Shown here in pieces: positions 42,490-52,566 of a stretch of DNA of 64,000 bases. The notes beneath the pieces were generated by a model that was not told the origin of the DNA, ran no database searches, and worked only from the letters and a program-made list of their open reading frames with translations. Position 1 is the first letter of the stretch, and the number at the start of each line of letters is the position of its first letter. This stretch comes from Candidatus Multivoradales bacterium (GTDB lineage Bacteria; Acidobacteriota; Thermoanaerobaculia; Multivoradales; Multivoraceae). The position numbers were made by a program, and so were the translations under genes. The stretch spans positions 1,632,001 through 1,696,000 of the forward strand of contig CBDCWI010000001.1 in NCBI GenBank assembly GCA_965223325.1, given 5' to 3'.

Positions 42490-45429
42490 ATGAAGCTCTT
42501 CCCAGACCTGGAATTTCACCGTACGGGCATCGGACTGGTCGCCGACCCGCACGAACCTGACCGCGGCTCTCCTGTCTATCTGGCCAATGTCGCCGGCAGC
42601 CGGAGACCGTTGACCTTCTGCAGCTGTTCGGCCGGGCGTCGTGCCGTGTGTGACTGCCTGCGGCGGCTCGAAGAGCAGATCAACGAATACCAGAAGAAGA
42701 GTGCCGGTCAGGCCTGGGGCGACACGTTCCCGGTCAGCCGTTTCCACCGCTTGGCGCAGAAGATCTTCGAGGGCGACCACACGACCTACGCCGACATCCG
42801 GGTCATTCAAGAGGGCGCCGAACAGCCGATGCGCTTCCTGACTCCAGATGGGGTCGAGGCGCTGCGCTACATCGAGCTCTCGCCAGCGACCGTGCGCTTC
42901 CTCGAGCGCACCGGCAAGGCGCCCGAAAAGCGCGGTTTTGCCGACCGGGCTGGCTTGATCGATCGCCTCTCGACCTTCTTGCGCAGCCCCGAAGAGCAGC
43001 ACTTGAACAAGGCGGGCCTGCAAACCAATCGTCAGACCTTCGAGTCGAGCCTCTGGTTTCGCCTCGCCTACCACTGCTTCCGCGAGTACGGAGACCAGGG
43101 GCGCTTCGAACCGATGGTCGAGCTGCGCACCGGCGAGATGTACCTCGAGTTCACCGTCGGCAAAGAAACGATCCTGCAGATGCAACTTCCGCGGGCTCAG
43201 GTGGCAGACGTCTTCGCGCTTCTCCGCCAGGAGCCCACCGACGCCGGGGCGATCCCCGACCCACTCGACATGACCGCTCTCTTCCTGGCGACCCCGGAAG
43301 TCGAGCTGGTCACCATGCGCGGCAAGAAAACGGAGGCGCGCAAGGCGTTGGCGCTGGTTCAGGCGCACGGCCGCGAGGCCTGGGTAGAAGAGAAAGACAA
43401 CGCCCGCTTTCACTACGGCGACCTGCGCTTCATCGAGCCTCTCGGAGTGCTCGCGGCGGGTGACGGCCGTGCCAGCCGCCGCGACGAAGAACCCGAGTCG
43501 CTCGACCTGGCGCGGGCGGCGATCGCCACTTTCAGCACCGAGCCTGCAGACCTCAGTCGCGAGTGCGAACTGCTTCTCGACGACCCAATGGCCGGCGTCG
43601 GCATCGTGACCGAGTTCGACTACATCGAACTCAAGCCCGAAGAGAAGGCCGAGACCGGCCACCGCCTCGAGGTCAACTACGGCTTCGGCGAGCACGAGGT
43701 CTCACTCAATGACCTCCTGCGAGCCAAGAAGGCCGGTCAGCCCTTCCTCGAGACCGAGGCCGGTTGGATCGACTTGAATTCGCCGTCGCTGCGCGGGCTG
43801 CAAGGCCTCTTGCGCAGAAAGGAGCTCCTGCGTTCGCTGACCGACAAGTCCGCGGACGGGAACGCCGTGCGGTTGACCTCCGCCGAGCTGCTGCGGCTGC
43901 AGGCATCGAGCGCCAAACCGATTCGCGTCGAGGGGCCAAAAGATCGCTCCGAGTTGCTCGAGCGTTTCCTCGAACTGCGCCCGGCCAGTCAGCCGGTCAT
44001 GCCGAACGGCCTCAGGTCCGAGTTGCGGCCGTACCAGAAGGTCGGGCTCGAGTGGCTGCAGTTCCTGTGGGAGAACGAGCTCGCGGGGTTGCTGTGCGAC
44101 GACATGGGTCTCGGGAAAACGCATCAGGCGATGGGCATGATGGTGCTCCTGCGTGAGCACTACGACGTCAAAGAACCGTTCCTCGTCGTTTGCCCCCGAA
44201 CGGTCATTTCACACTGGCGTAACAAGATCAACGAGTATGCGCCTGGCCTCACCCCCGTCTTTCATCACGGCCCGTTGCGTGACCTCGACCGCGCACTCAC
44301 CGAAGGTGACGTCATCCTCACGTCGTACGGTGTGCTACGCAACGACATCAAGCGCTTCAGCGATCATCGCTGGGGAATTGCGGTCTTCGACGAGATTCAG
44401 CAGATCAAGAACCGATCGACGCAGGGCTACCAGGCAGCGGCAGCCATTCCGTCGCGCATGAAGATCGGCCTGACCGGTACCCCGATCGAGAACTCGCTTT
44501 CCGAGCTCAAGGCACTGTTCGACCTCATCCTGCCGGGATACCTCGGTTCGGAAGACGACTTCCGCGACCGCTACGGCGCCGGCGATATCGACGAAGACTC
44601 CTGGCAGCTCTCGAGTCTCCGCCGGCTGACGGAACCTTTCGTACTGCGCCGCCTCAAGACTGCGGTCCTCGATGAGCTGCCCGAGAAGATCGAAGACATT
44701 CGCACCTGCCAGTTGTCAGACGAACAGATGGTGCTTTATCAACAGACCATTGCCACGCGCGGTGTGGCACTGATGGAGAAGATCCAGAAAGACAAGGAGC
44801 CGCTCCCCTACATCCACATCTTCGCGCTCCTCAACATGCTCAAGCAGATCTGCGATCACCCCGCCCTGGCGCTCAACAACCTCGAGAACTACACCGAGCA
44901 CGTCTCCGGCAAGTGGGACCTGTTCAAAGAGCTGCTCGAGGAGAGTCTCGAAAGCGGCCAGAAGGTCGTCGTGTTCACGCAGTACCTGGGCATGATCGCC
45001 ATCATGCAGAAGCACCTCGAGCAACTCGGAGTGCCGTTCGTGACTCTGACCGGCGCCAGCCGAAAGCGCGGCGAGATCGTCGACCGCTTCAACCTCGACC
45101 CGCAGTGCCGCGTGTTCCTCGGGTCGCTCAAGGCTGGCGGCACCGGCATCGACCTGGTCGGCGGCAGCGTGGTGATCCACTACGACCGCTGGTGGAACGC
45201 GGCGCGTGAAGACCAGGCGACCGACCGCTTGTACCGGATCGGCCAGAAACGCGTCGTCCAGGTGTTCAAGCTGATCACCGAAGACACCCTCGAAGAACGC
45301 ATCGCCGCGATCATCGATCGTAAGCGGCGACTGATGTCGAGCGTCGTCCAGGCCGATGACCCCAAGCTCGCCAAGATCTTCACGCGCGAGGAACTCATCG
45401 AGCTCCTGCAACGCCCGGACGACGAATGA
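42490..45429 (+). CDS. SNF2-family helicase/ATPase with N-terminal SWIM-like Cys cluster
   Basis: CSC-x7-CDC; [52 protein letters not shown]. Confidence 0.93.
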   Translation: MKLFPDLEFHRTGIGLVADPHEPDRGSPVYLANVAGSRRPLTFCSCSAGRRAVCDCLRRLEEQINEYQKKSAGQAWGDTFPVSRFHRLAQKIFEGDHTTYADIRVIQEGAEQPMRFLTPDGVEALRYIELSPATVRFLERTGKAPEKRGFADRAGLIDRLSTFLRSPEEQHLNKAGLQTNRQTFESSLWFRLAYHCFREYGDQGRFEPMVELRTGEMYLEFTVGKETILQMQLPRAQVADVFALLRQEPTDAGAIPDPLDMTALFLATPEVELVTMRGKKTEARKALALVQAHGREAWVEEKDNARFHYGDLRFIEPLGVLAAGDGRASRRDEEPESLDLARAAIATFSTEPADLSRECELLLDDPMAGVGIVTEFDYIELKPEEKAETGHRLEVNYGFGEHEVSLNDLLRAKKAGQPFLETEAGWIDLNSPSLRGLQGLLRRKELLRSLTDKSADGNAVRLTSAELLRLQASSAKPIRVEGPKDRSELLERFLELRPASQPVMPNGLRSELRPYQKVGLEWLQFLWENELAGLLCDDMGLGKTHQAMGMMVLLREHYDVKEPFLVVCPRTVISHWRNKINEYAPGLTPVFHHGPLRDLDRALTEGDVILTSYGVLRNDIKRFSDHRWGIAVFDEIQQIKNRSTQGYQAAAAIPSRMKIGLTGTPIENSLSELKALFDLILPGYLGSEDDFRDRYGAGDIDEDSWQLSSLRRLTEPFVLRRLKTAVLDELPEKIEDIRTCQLSDEQMVLYQQTIATRGVALMEKIQKDKEPLPYIHIFALLNMLKQICDHPALALNNLENYTEHVSGKWDLFKELLEESLESGQKVVVFTQYLGMIAIMQKHLEQLGVPFVTLTGASRKRGEIVDRFNLDPQCRVFLGSLKAGGTGIDLVGGSVVIHYDRWWNAAREDQATDRLYRIGQKRVVQVFKLITEDTLEERIAAIIDRKRRLMSSVVQADDPKLAKIFTREELIELLQRPDDE

Positions 45430-45454
45430 CCACTCACCTGGAGACCCGGCGGTC

Positions 45455-46522
45455 ATGAAAGCGAACATCCTGCTCCTGCCGGGCGACGGCGTCGGCCCCG
45501 AAGTCACCGCCGCGGCACGTTCGGTCCTCGAACGAATCGCAAGAGACGGCGGCTACGACTTCTCCTTCGACGAGGCCCTGGTCGGCGGCTGTGCGATCGA
45601 CGAACACGGCGTTTCGCTCCCGCCCGACACGCTCAGAGCGTGCAAGTCATCGTCGGCGATTCTGCTCGGGGCCGTAGGTGGGCCGAAGTGGTCGGACCCG
45701 ACGGCACCGGTGAGACCCGAACAGGGGTTGCTCGAACTGCGCGCCGAGCTCGGGCTGTTTGCCAACCTGAGACCAGTGCCGACGTTTGCTCCGCTTCGCA
45801 ACCAGGTCCCGCTGCGTGCCGAGTTGCTCGAGGGCGTTGACCTGTTCTTCATTCGTGAGCTCACCGGCGGCATCTACTTTGGCGAGCGCCAGGAAAAGGG
45901 CGACCACGACCACGCGTTCGACACCATGATATACAGCACCGCCGAGGTCGAGCGGGTTGCGCATGTGGCCTTTCGAGCGGCGCGCAAGCGGCGCAAGAAG
46001 GTCACGTCGGTCGACAAGGCGAATGTGCTGGCCTCGATGCGCCTCTGGCGCCAGGCTGTGGTGGCTGTCGCCGACCAGTACCCCGACGTTGAGCTCGAGC
46101 ACCAGCTGGTGGACGCGATGGCAATGCACATCCTGACTCGGCCGGCCGACTTCGACGTCATCGTGGCCGGCAACATGTTCGGCGACATTCTGAGCGACGA
46201 GGCAGCGGTTCTGGCGGGCTCGCTGGGCATGCTGCCCTCGGCGTCGGTGGGCGAAGGGTCGCTCGGCCTCTACGAACCGATTCATGGCTCGGCCCCGGAC
46301 ATCGCCGGCAAGGGCATTGCCAACCCGATCGCAACGATTCTGAGTGCCGCCATGCTCTTGCGCTACAGCCTCGACCTCGACGAAGACGCAACGCGCATTG
46401 AGGCGGCAGTCAACCAGGCGCTCGAAGACGGCCTACGAACGGCCGACCTGGTCCAGAAAGGCGAGCGTCATCGCGCCGCGTCGACCGTGGAGGCTACCGC
46501 CGCCATCCTGCAGACGCTGTAG
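45455..46522 (+). CDS. leuB: 3-isopropylmalate dehydrogenase
   Basis: [55 protein letters not shown]. Confidence 0.97.
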   Translation: MKANILLLPGDGVGPEVTAAARSVLERIARDGGYDFSFDEALVGGCAIDEHGVSLPPDTLRACKSSSAILLGAVGGPKWSDPTAPVRPEQGLLELRAELGLFANLRPVPTFAPLRNQVPLRAELLEGVDLFFIRELTGGIYFGERQEKGDHDHAFDTMIYSTAEVERVAHVAFRAARKRRKKVTSVDKANVLASMRLWRQAVVAVADQYPDVELEHQLVDAMAMHILTRPADFDVIVAGNMFGDILSDEAAVLAGSLGMLPSASVGEGSLGLYEPIHGSAPDIAGKGIANPIATILSAAMLLRYSLDLDEDATRIEAAVNQALEDGLRTADLVQKGERHRAASTVEATAAILQTL

Positions 46523-46545
46523 GTCGCCTTCGCTTCTGGTGGCAA

Positions 46546-47130
46546 CTAGCGTGACCGGCTGACGCGCACCGTCTGGTCGTGGCGGCGCCGTGGTCCCTCT
46601 GTGTCGCGCTTGGGGAACGGCATTTCCTTGGACGCCGACTCGCTGTAGCGCGCCGCCCGACACTCCACGTAGAGCCATTGATAGTCGGCGCAGTAGAGCG
46701 GGTTGTGCAGCTGCCGGCTCTCGATGAACTGCGCCAGCGACTCGTAGGAATCGATCACGCTGCCGCCCCAGTGCTGCACGAAGAGGTCGCGCGGCAGAAG
46801 GTCTTGTTTGATCATCAAACCGATCATGTTGTAGGTCGAACACACCAGCAGCACGTGGAACACGTCGCCGGCATCCCAGGATTGATGTGGCCGGCCCTTC
46901 ATGCGATTCCGCACCACCAGGAGCGCGGCGCGAAAGTCCTGATCGCGCAGCATCTCGAGAGCCGAGAGCATGTTCTGGGACTTGCGCGCGTCTTTGGCGA
47001 CACCTAGCTGTTCCTGCACGAAGTGCAGTTGCGCCAGGCTGTTGCGATGAAGGAACAAGGAGAGGATCAGCGTGCCGACCGCACCCAATGCGGCCGCCCC
47101 GCTGAGAAGCAGAACGAAGTTCGAAACCAT
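46546..47130 (-). CDS. Hypothetical protein with N-terminal TM helix (DUF4760-like)
   Basis: Hydrophobic N-terminus, helical body ending FIESRQ..NPLYCADYQWLY; GGAGG RBS. Confidence 0.55.
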   Translation of the reverse strand: MVSNFVLLLSGAAALGAVGTLILSLFLHRNSLAQLHFVQEQLGVAKDARKSQNMLSALEMLRDQDFRAALLVVRNRMKGRPHQSWDAGDVFHVLLVCSTYNMIGLMIKQDLLPRDLFVQHWGGSVIDSYESLAQFIESRQLHNPLYCADYQWLYVECRAARYSESASKEMPFPKRDTEGPRRRHDQTVRVSRSR

Positions 47131-47295
47131 GGTCAGCAGACCTCCAGAGAATCTCCTGGCCTCAGAGGGAGAGAACCAAGCGCAATGTGAGGCGGGCTAG
47201 GGATTGACTGCAGACAAAGGTGGGCGATGGGCGTCTGCTAGAGGAAGAATCGAGAAGTGGGGTTTGAATAAACGGTACAGAAAATCTCGGGTTGA

Positions 47296-48360
47296 TCAGT
47301 TGCTCGGCAGGAACTGCTCGAACATCGCCTTGCTGTGGGCCTTGGCGTAGGCGGCCTCGGCACTGACCTCCTTGGCCTCGAAGAGCGCCATGATCGCTTC
47401 GTCCATCATCTGCATGCCCTCCTTGCGACCACCCTGGATGATGGAACGCAGCATGGGCGTGTTGCCCTCGCGAATGACGTTGGGCATTCCCTGAGTGCGT
47501 AACATGATCTCGAGGGCCGCGCGACGGCCTTTGCCGTCGGCAGTTGGCAAGAGGAGCTGCGAGACGACGGCGGCCAGTGCTTCGGCCAATGTGTTGCGCA
47601 CCTTGGACTGCTGCTCAGCCGGGAAGGCATCGATCAACCGGTCGATGGTGTTGATCGCTCCGTTGGTGTGCAGGGTACCGAAGACCAGGGCACCCATCTC
47701 GGCGGCGGTGATCGCCAGCGAGATGGTCTCGAGGTCGCGCATCTCGCCGACCAGAATGACGTCGGCGTCTTCACGGATGGCGCCGCGCAGCGCACTGGCG
47801 AAGCTGTCACAGTCATGCCCGACTTCGCGCTGCGAGAACACCGATGTGCGGTTGGGGTGAACGAACTCGACCGGATCTTCGATGGTGATGATGTGCTTGT
47901 TGTAGGTCCGGTTGATGCGATCGATGATCGCCGCCATGGTGGTCGACTTGCCCGAACCGGTCGGCCCGGTGACCAGGACCAGGCCCTGCTCGAGGTCGGC
48001 GAGTTTCTTGATCGCGTCGGGGTGGCCGAGGTCGTCGCAGGTCATGATGTCGGTCGGAATGATGCGGAACACCGCCGCCGCACCATTCTCCTGCTTGAGG
48101 AAGTTGCAGCGGAAACGCGCAACACCCGTCAGGCTGTAGGCGAAATCGAGATCACCGGTCGCCGAATACTCTTCCCACTGCGACGGTGTTGCGATCTCCG
48201 CCAGCATCGTGCTGAGCTCACTATGGTCGAGCTTTTCCCAGCCGCCGACCGCTTCGAGGGCACCGTGCACACGAACCCGCGGCTCCATTCCAGCAACGAG
48301 GTGGAGGTCGGAACCGTCGTTCTCGTGCACCCAGCGAAACAGCTCGTCGATTCGTGCCAT
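47296..48360 (-). CDS. pilT: PilT/PilU-family type IV pilus retraction ATPase
   Basis: SDLHL, GPTGSGKSTT, TIEDPVE, REDADVILVGEMRD, GTLHT. Confidence 0.9.
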   Translation of the reverse strand: MARIDELFRWVHENDGSDLHLVAGMEPRVRVHGALEAVGGWEKLDHSELSTMLAEIATPSQWEEYSATGDLDFAYSLTGVARFRCNFLKQENGAAAVFRIIPTDIMTCDDLGHPDAIKKLADLEQGLVLVTGPTGSGKSTTMAAIIDRINRTYNKHIITIEDPVEFVHPNRTSVFSQREVGHDCDSFASALRGAIREDADVILVGEMRDLETISLAITAAEMGALVFGTLHTNGAINTIDRLIDAFPAEQQSKVRNTLAEALAAVVSQLLLPTADGKGRRAALEIMLRTQGMPNVIREGNTPMLRSIIQGGRKEGMQMMDEAIMALFEAKEVSAEAAYAKAHSKAMFEQFLPSN

Positions 48361-48366
48361 CTTCCT

Positions 48367-50142
48367 CTACGCTCCCGCCAGAATGGTCTTGGGGTTGTCA
48401 CACACCCGCAGGGCCTCTTCTTTGGTGATCTTCTTTTCTTTCATCAAGTTGACCAGCGACTGATCGAGCAGGCACATCCCGTGTTTGCGACCGCTCTGCA
48501 TGAGACCGGGTATCTGGAAGGTCTTCTCTTCGCGAATCAGATTCGCGATTGCCATGTTGAGCATCAGCACTTCGACTGCTGGCACACGGCCCGATCCGTC
48601 TGCCTTGACCACGAGGCGCTGCGACACGACGGCGCGCAGAGATTCCGACACCATGGTGCGAATCTGTGACTGCTCCTCGGGTGGGAAGGCACCGATCAAA
48701 CGACTCACCGTCGCGATCGCGGACAGCGTGTGCATGGTGCCGAGAACGAGATGGCCGGTCTCGGCCGCGGTCAGGGCGAGCGAGATCGTCTCGTGGTCGC
48801 GTAGCTCGCCAATCACGATCACATCCGGGTCTTCGCGCAGGGCACCCCGGAGGGCGCGAGCGAAGGAACCGGTGTGATTGTTGACCTGGCGTTGGTTGAC
48901 CAGACAGACCTTTGACGGGTGGATGTATTCGATGGGATCTTCGACCGTCAGAATGTGGTCGGGTTTGTCTTGATTGACAAGGTCGACCACCGCCGCCAGC
49001 GTTGAAGACTTGCCGCAACCGGTGGGCCCCGTAAAAAGCACCATGCCCTGGTGAAAGTGCGCCAGCTTGGCGAGCGACTCCGGCAACCCGAGCTCCTCGA
49101 GGCTCGGTGGCGCGGGCGGCACGATACGGAAGACGATGTCGGTCCCGTTCTGCTGCCGGTAGGCGTTGCAGCGGAGGCGCGCCTTGCCGGCCACGGTATG
49201 CGAGAAGTCGACCTGACCCGTCTCGGCCATTGCCTGATGGAGACTGGGTGGCAGGATCGCATCGAGAATGCGTTGGTTCTGGGCGGTTTCGGAAACGCGA
49301 CCCTCGAGATCGACCAGCGTGCCGTTGACCCGCACCTTGACCGGCACGGTGGCATGCAAGTGAAGATCGCTGGCGCCACGCTCGACGGCGATGCCGATGA
49401 GCTCGTCGAGTTCGGGAGCCGCCGACGATTCCCAGTCGCCATGTCCTACTGTTTTCCATTTCTGCTGGATCGGTGCGGCGGCAGCGGCAGCCGCCGGAGC
49501 CTGGGCGGGCTGGACCGGCTGCGGTGCCGCGACCGGCTGGGCGACAGCCGCCGGCGGATCCGGGGCAGCGGTCGAGACAGGTTCCGTGGGCTCGGCGACG
49601 GGTATCGGTTGCGCGGCCGGCGCCACATCGACCACCTGAATCGGCTCGGCGAGCGCCGCCGGCTCGACGGCAAGCGGCACGGCCTCGAGAGGCGGAGCGG
49701 GCGCCGCCTCGGCGACCGCCGCGTCCATCGCAATGGTGTCGACGGTGGAATCCACAGGCGCAGCCACAGCCATCAACGGCTCGGTCGACGGCGGTTCCAT
49801 CACCGGAACCTCGGCCGCCAGTGGCACGGCGCTCGGCTGCGTATCCGCCAGGCTCGCGGTTTCAAGAGCCATCGTCTCCACCATCTCCGGCGGAACCTCC
49901 GCCAGGGTCGGTGCCGGCGGTTCTTTGCCTTCTTCCCCCTGCTTCTCGAGGACCCAGGCGGCCTGCTCCATGGTCAGAGCGCCGGCATCGACCAGCAGCG
50001 CACCAATGCGACGCGTCGGATCCTCCATCTGTGCCATGAGGGCGTCTGACAATTGATCACTGGTGCAAAGACCGTTCTCGACCGCAATCCGTCCGAACAA
50101 GAGCGCGTCTTCGTCGAGGGCAAAGGGACTCGCTTGACTCAT
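48367..50142 (-). CDS. pilT: PilT-family ATPase with N-terminal MshEN-like domain and Pro/Ala-rich linker
   Basis: ASDLHL, GPTGCGKSSTL, EDPIE, REDPDVIVIGELRD, GTMHT, AIANLIRE; N-terminal tandem G..L...G.....Q...L..Q motifs. Confidence 0.88.
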   Translation of the reverse strand: MSQASPFALDEDALLFGRIAVENGLCTSDQLSDALMAQMEDPTRRIGALLVDAGALTMEQAAWVLEKQGEEGKEPPAPTLAEVPPEMVETMALETASLADTQPSAVPLAAEVPVMEPPSTEPLMAVAAPVDSTVDTIAMDAAVAEAAPAPPLEAVPLAVEPAALAEPIQVVDVAPAAQPIPVAEPTEPVSTAAPDPPAAVAQPVAAPQPVQPAQAPAAAAAAAPIQQKWKTVGHGDWESSAAPELDELIGIAVERGASDLHLHATVPVKVRVNGTLVDLEGRVSETAQNQRILDAILPPSLHQAMAETGQVDFSHTVAGKARLRCNAYRQQNGTDIVFRIVPPAPPSLEELGLPESLAKLAHFHQGMVLFTGPTGCGKSSTLAAVVDLVNQDKPDHILTVEDPIEYIHPSKVCLVNQRQVNNHTGSFARALRGALREDPDVIVIGELRDHETISLALTAAETGHLVLGTMHTLSAIATVSRLIGAFPPEEQSQIRTMVSESLRAVVSQRLVVKADGSGRVPAVEVLMLNMAIANLIREEKTFQIPGLMQSGRKHGMCLLDQSLVNLMKEKKITKEEALRVCDNPKTILAGA

Positions 50143-50203
50143 GAGAAATGACCTGGCTGAAGGGAGGTGAAGGTCTGAGAACCGGCCATACACGGCCGTG
50201 GCG

Positions 50204-50231
50204 ATTCTACCAGCAAAACTAGTATTTACAA
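50204..50231 (-). promoter_or_regulatory. Putative sigma70 promoter of the pilT pair
   Basis: Minus strand TTGTAA-16 nt-TAGAAT with extended -10 TGn, in an AT-rich patch. Confidence 0.55.
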
Positions 50232-50266
50232 GTAAACCGGTAATCCATCGCCCTTCCCACCCACCA

Positions 50267-50365
50267 CCCGGGCAATCCCCGGGCGTTTCCCGGGCGCTTC
50301 CCGGGCGTCTCCCGGGCGTCTCCCGGGCGTCTCCCGGGCGTTTCCCGGGCGTCTCCCGGGCGATC
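50267..50365. repeat. Nine tandem copies of an 11-bp unit (consensus cccgggcgtct)
   Basis: cccgggcaatc, cccgggcgttt, cccgggcgctt, cccgggcgtct x3, cccgggcgttt, cccgggcgtct, cccgggcgatc. Confidence 0.95.
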
Positions 50366-50437
50366 GACTGGGGTGATTCTTGGGATTCTCGGGGGGTTCC
50401 CTCGAAGGGGCGGGCGAGGCGCTATATTGCGCCCCTT

Positions 50438-51481
50438 ATGCCTCTACTTCGTGGTTCGGTCTCGATGACCCGCTTCAACGTTGCCAGCCTCCCCGACGAG
50501 CCTGACTTCGATGGTCAGGCGTGGAAGGAAATTGGCCCGGGCTCGCAGCTGCGTGAATCGATTGGCTTCGTGCCCTTCGAGCCTGGGGCACCCTGGCTGG
50601 CGGGGATCCGTCGTTTCGCGGCGCGTGTTCGCATCGACACCCTGAAGCCCGATCCGACAGGGGTGCGCGAGCGGTTTCAGGATCTCTGCCGGCTCGAGCT
50701 CGAGCACGGCGGTCTCGATTTCGTCGGCCCGAAGAAACGACGTGAGCTCAAGAACCTCGCCGAGGAGGAACTGCTGCTGCGCGCCGCGCCACGCTCGCGC
50801 ATCATCGAGACAGTAATCGATCGCGGTGTGCTCTACGTCGGTTCGACCGCCAACCTTCATCTCGGCAAGATTATTCAGCTCTACCGGCGCGCGGGCGTCG
50901 TAGCCGACTTCAAGACCCCGTGGATCGACCACGGCCAGGCCGAGGCAACCAGCGAGATTCTCGAGATCCACGACCCGGTGCAGTCGGCGCACGGGGCGCA
51001 CTTCCTGCGTGATCTGGTCGATGACCCGGAGATCAAGTTCGAGCCAATCGGTGGCTACGTTCGCCTGCAGAATCGACACGCCCGCATCTCGTTGACTGGC
51101 GCTGTCCTGCGCGACCTCTACCGCTTCCTCGAAGAAGACGCGGAGCTGTTGGCGGCCAAGTTGGTCACCGCCGAGCACACCTTTCGCTTCGACGCCCTAC
51201 CTTTTCGGATTTCAGGCTGCAACATCGAAAACAGCCGCCACGCCCACTGGATCGAGCAGCTCGACGAACGCCTCGAGGGAATCGAGTCGGTGTGGGAGGT
51301 CCTGGAAAACCGCTACAAGGAGCATCGCGGCATCGGCAAGAAGCGCAAGAGCCCGGTCGCGGACCTGCGAAAGATCAGAGAAGCACACCTTTCACAGCAG
51401 ACAGAACGCGAGCCCGGCATCGATGACGAACCGCCGCCTCTGCCCCCCAGAACCGAAAGCGACAGCGAAGTGCCCTTCTAG
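50438..51481 (+). CDS. Hypothetical protein, RdgC-like N-terminus
   Basis: MPLLRGSVSMTRFNV, ESIGFV, VRIDTLK, KKRRELK..AEEELLLRAAPR resemble RdgC-family patterns. Confidence 0.55.
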   Translation: MPLLRGSVSMTRFNVASLPDEPDFDGQAWKEIGPGSQLRESIGFVPFEPGAPWLAGIRRFAARVRIDTLKPDPTGVRERFQDLCRLELEHGGLDFVGPKKRRELKNLAEEELLLRAAPRSRIIETVIDRGVLYVGSTANLHLGKIIQLYRRAGVVADFKTPWIDHGQAEATSEILEIHDPVQSAHGAHFLRDLVDDPEIKFEPIGGYVRLQNRHARISLTGAVLRDLYRFLEEDAELLAAKLVTAEHTFRFDALPFRISGCNIENSRHAHWIEQLDERLEGIESVWEVLENRYKEHRGIGKKRKSPVADLRKIREAHLSQQTEREPGIDDEPPPLPPRTESDSEVPF

Positions 51482-51560
51482 GGGCTGTTCTCGCTCGCCA
51501 CTCGAGGTCTAGCGCTACCGCTGGCTGAGTACTACGCCGCAGCCAACGGCGATGCCCGAA

Positions 51561-52373
51561 CTAGCGCGGTAGAAACAGGGCGAGGAGAGCCAGGCCCAGC
51601 AACACCCGATAGACGACGAAGACCAGCATCGAGCGACTCTCGAGCCAGTGCAGCAGGCGGTCGATCACCAGGTACCCGACCACTGCCGAAACAACCACCA
51701 CGATGGCGAGCGGCACCAGGTCGATCGGACCGACCTCACCGCGCGCCAGGTCGAAGAAGTCCTTCGCAGCAACCAGGAGACCGACGGGCACCGCGAGCAG
51801 GAACGCCATGCGGGCGGCGGCCGGTCGATCGAAGCGCAGCCCCATGGCAGCGGTCATCGTCACACCCGAGCGCGACACGCCGGGAAACAGCGCCACCGCC
51901 TGGGCCAGACCCACCAGCCACCAGTCGCGCCAACTCGCCTCGGCAACCTGACGCCGCCCGGCCATGTAGCGATCGGCAACCCACAGCAACACACCGAAAA
52001 CGATCGAGCCCACCGCGACCACCAGCGGACTGCGCGCCGCGCCGCCGACGACGTCTTGCAGCAACAATCCAAGAAGGCCGACCGGAATCGTCGCCAGCAG
52101 AATGCTCCAGGCAGTCGACTCCTCTCGATCCATGGAATGCGAAGGAGCGGCGAGGCGAGCCAAGAGGGCTCGGGCATACCGCGCCAGATCGTTCCGGAAG
52201 TACACCAGTACCGCCAGGAGAGTTCCTGTATTGGCCGCCGCGTCGGCGACCAGCCCCTGATCCGGCCAACCCGTCAACACCGGCACCAGCACCAGGTGCG
52301 CCGACGAAGAAATCGGCAGGAATTCGGTAAACCCCTGGATCAGGCCAAGGACAAGCGCTTGGAGAATGCTCAT
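51561..52373 (-). CDS. uppP: Undecaprenyl-diphosphate phosphatase
   Basis: LGLIQGFTEFLPISSSAHL, PGVSRSGVT, FVVYR. Confidence 0.95.
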   Translation of the reverse strand: MSILQALVLGLIQGFTEFLPISSSAHLVLVPVLTGWPDQGLVADAAANTGTLLAVLVYFRNDLARYARALLARLAAPSHSMDREESTAWSILLATIPVGLLGLLLQDVVGGAARSPLVVAVGSIVFGVLLWVADRYMAGRRQVAEASWRDWWLVGLAQAVALFPGVSRSGVTMTAAMGLRFDRPAAARMAFLLAVPVGLLVAAKDFFDLARGEVGPIDLVPLAIVVVVSAVVGYLVIDRLLHWLESRSMLVFVVYRVLLGLALLALFLPR

Positions 52374-52566
52374 GATGCGGCATCGGATGGTACCTGGATC
52401 GGGTCCGAGACACCCTTCGGATGCCCGCATGCGGCCGGCGCACCGGCCGTGCCCGTGTTAGCCTCGCAGCCGCGAGCTCGAAACGCCGTTGGGCTCCCAC
52501 AGACCGCTACGTCCTCTCCGCCCGGACACCACCGGTGCGCCATGGAACGTGCCCAATCCAGTTGAC

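Noticed and set aside
42490-45429. SNF2 gene as part of an anti-phage system
   Set aside because: No methylase, nuclease or other defence genes nearby; flanked by housekeeping genes
50267-50365. CRISPR array
   Set aside because: Contiguous 11-bp units with no spacers and no cas genes
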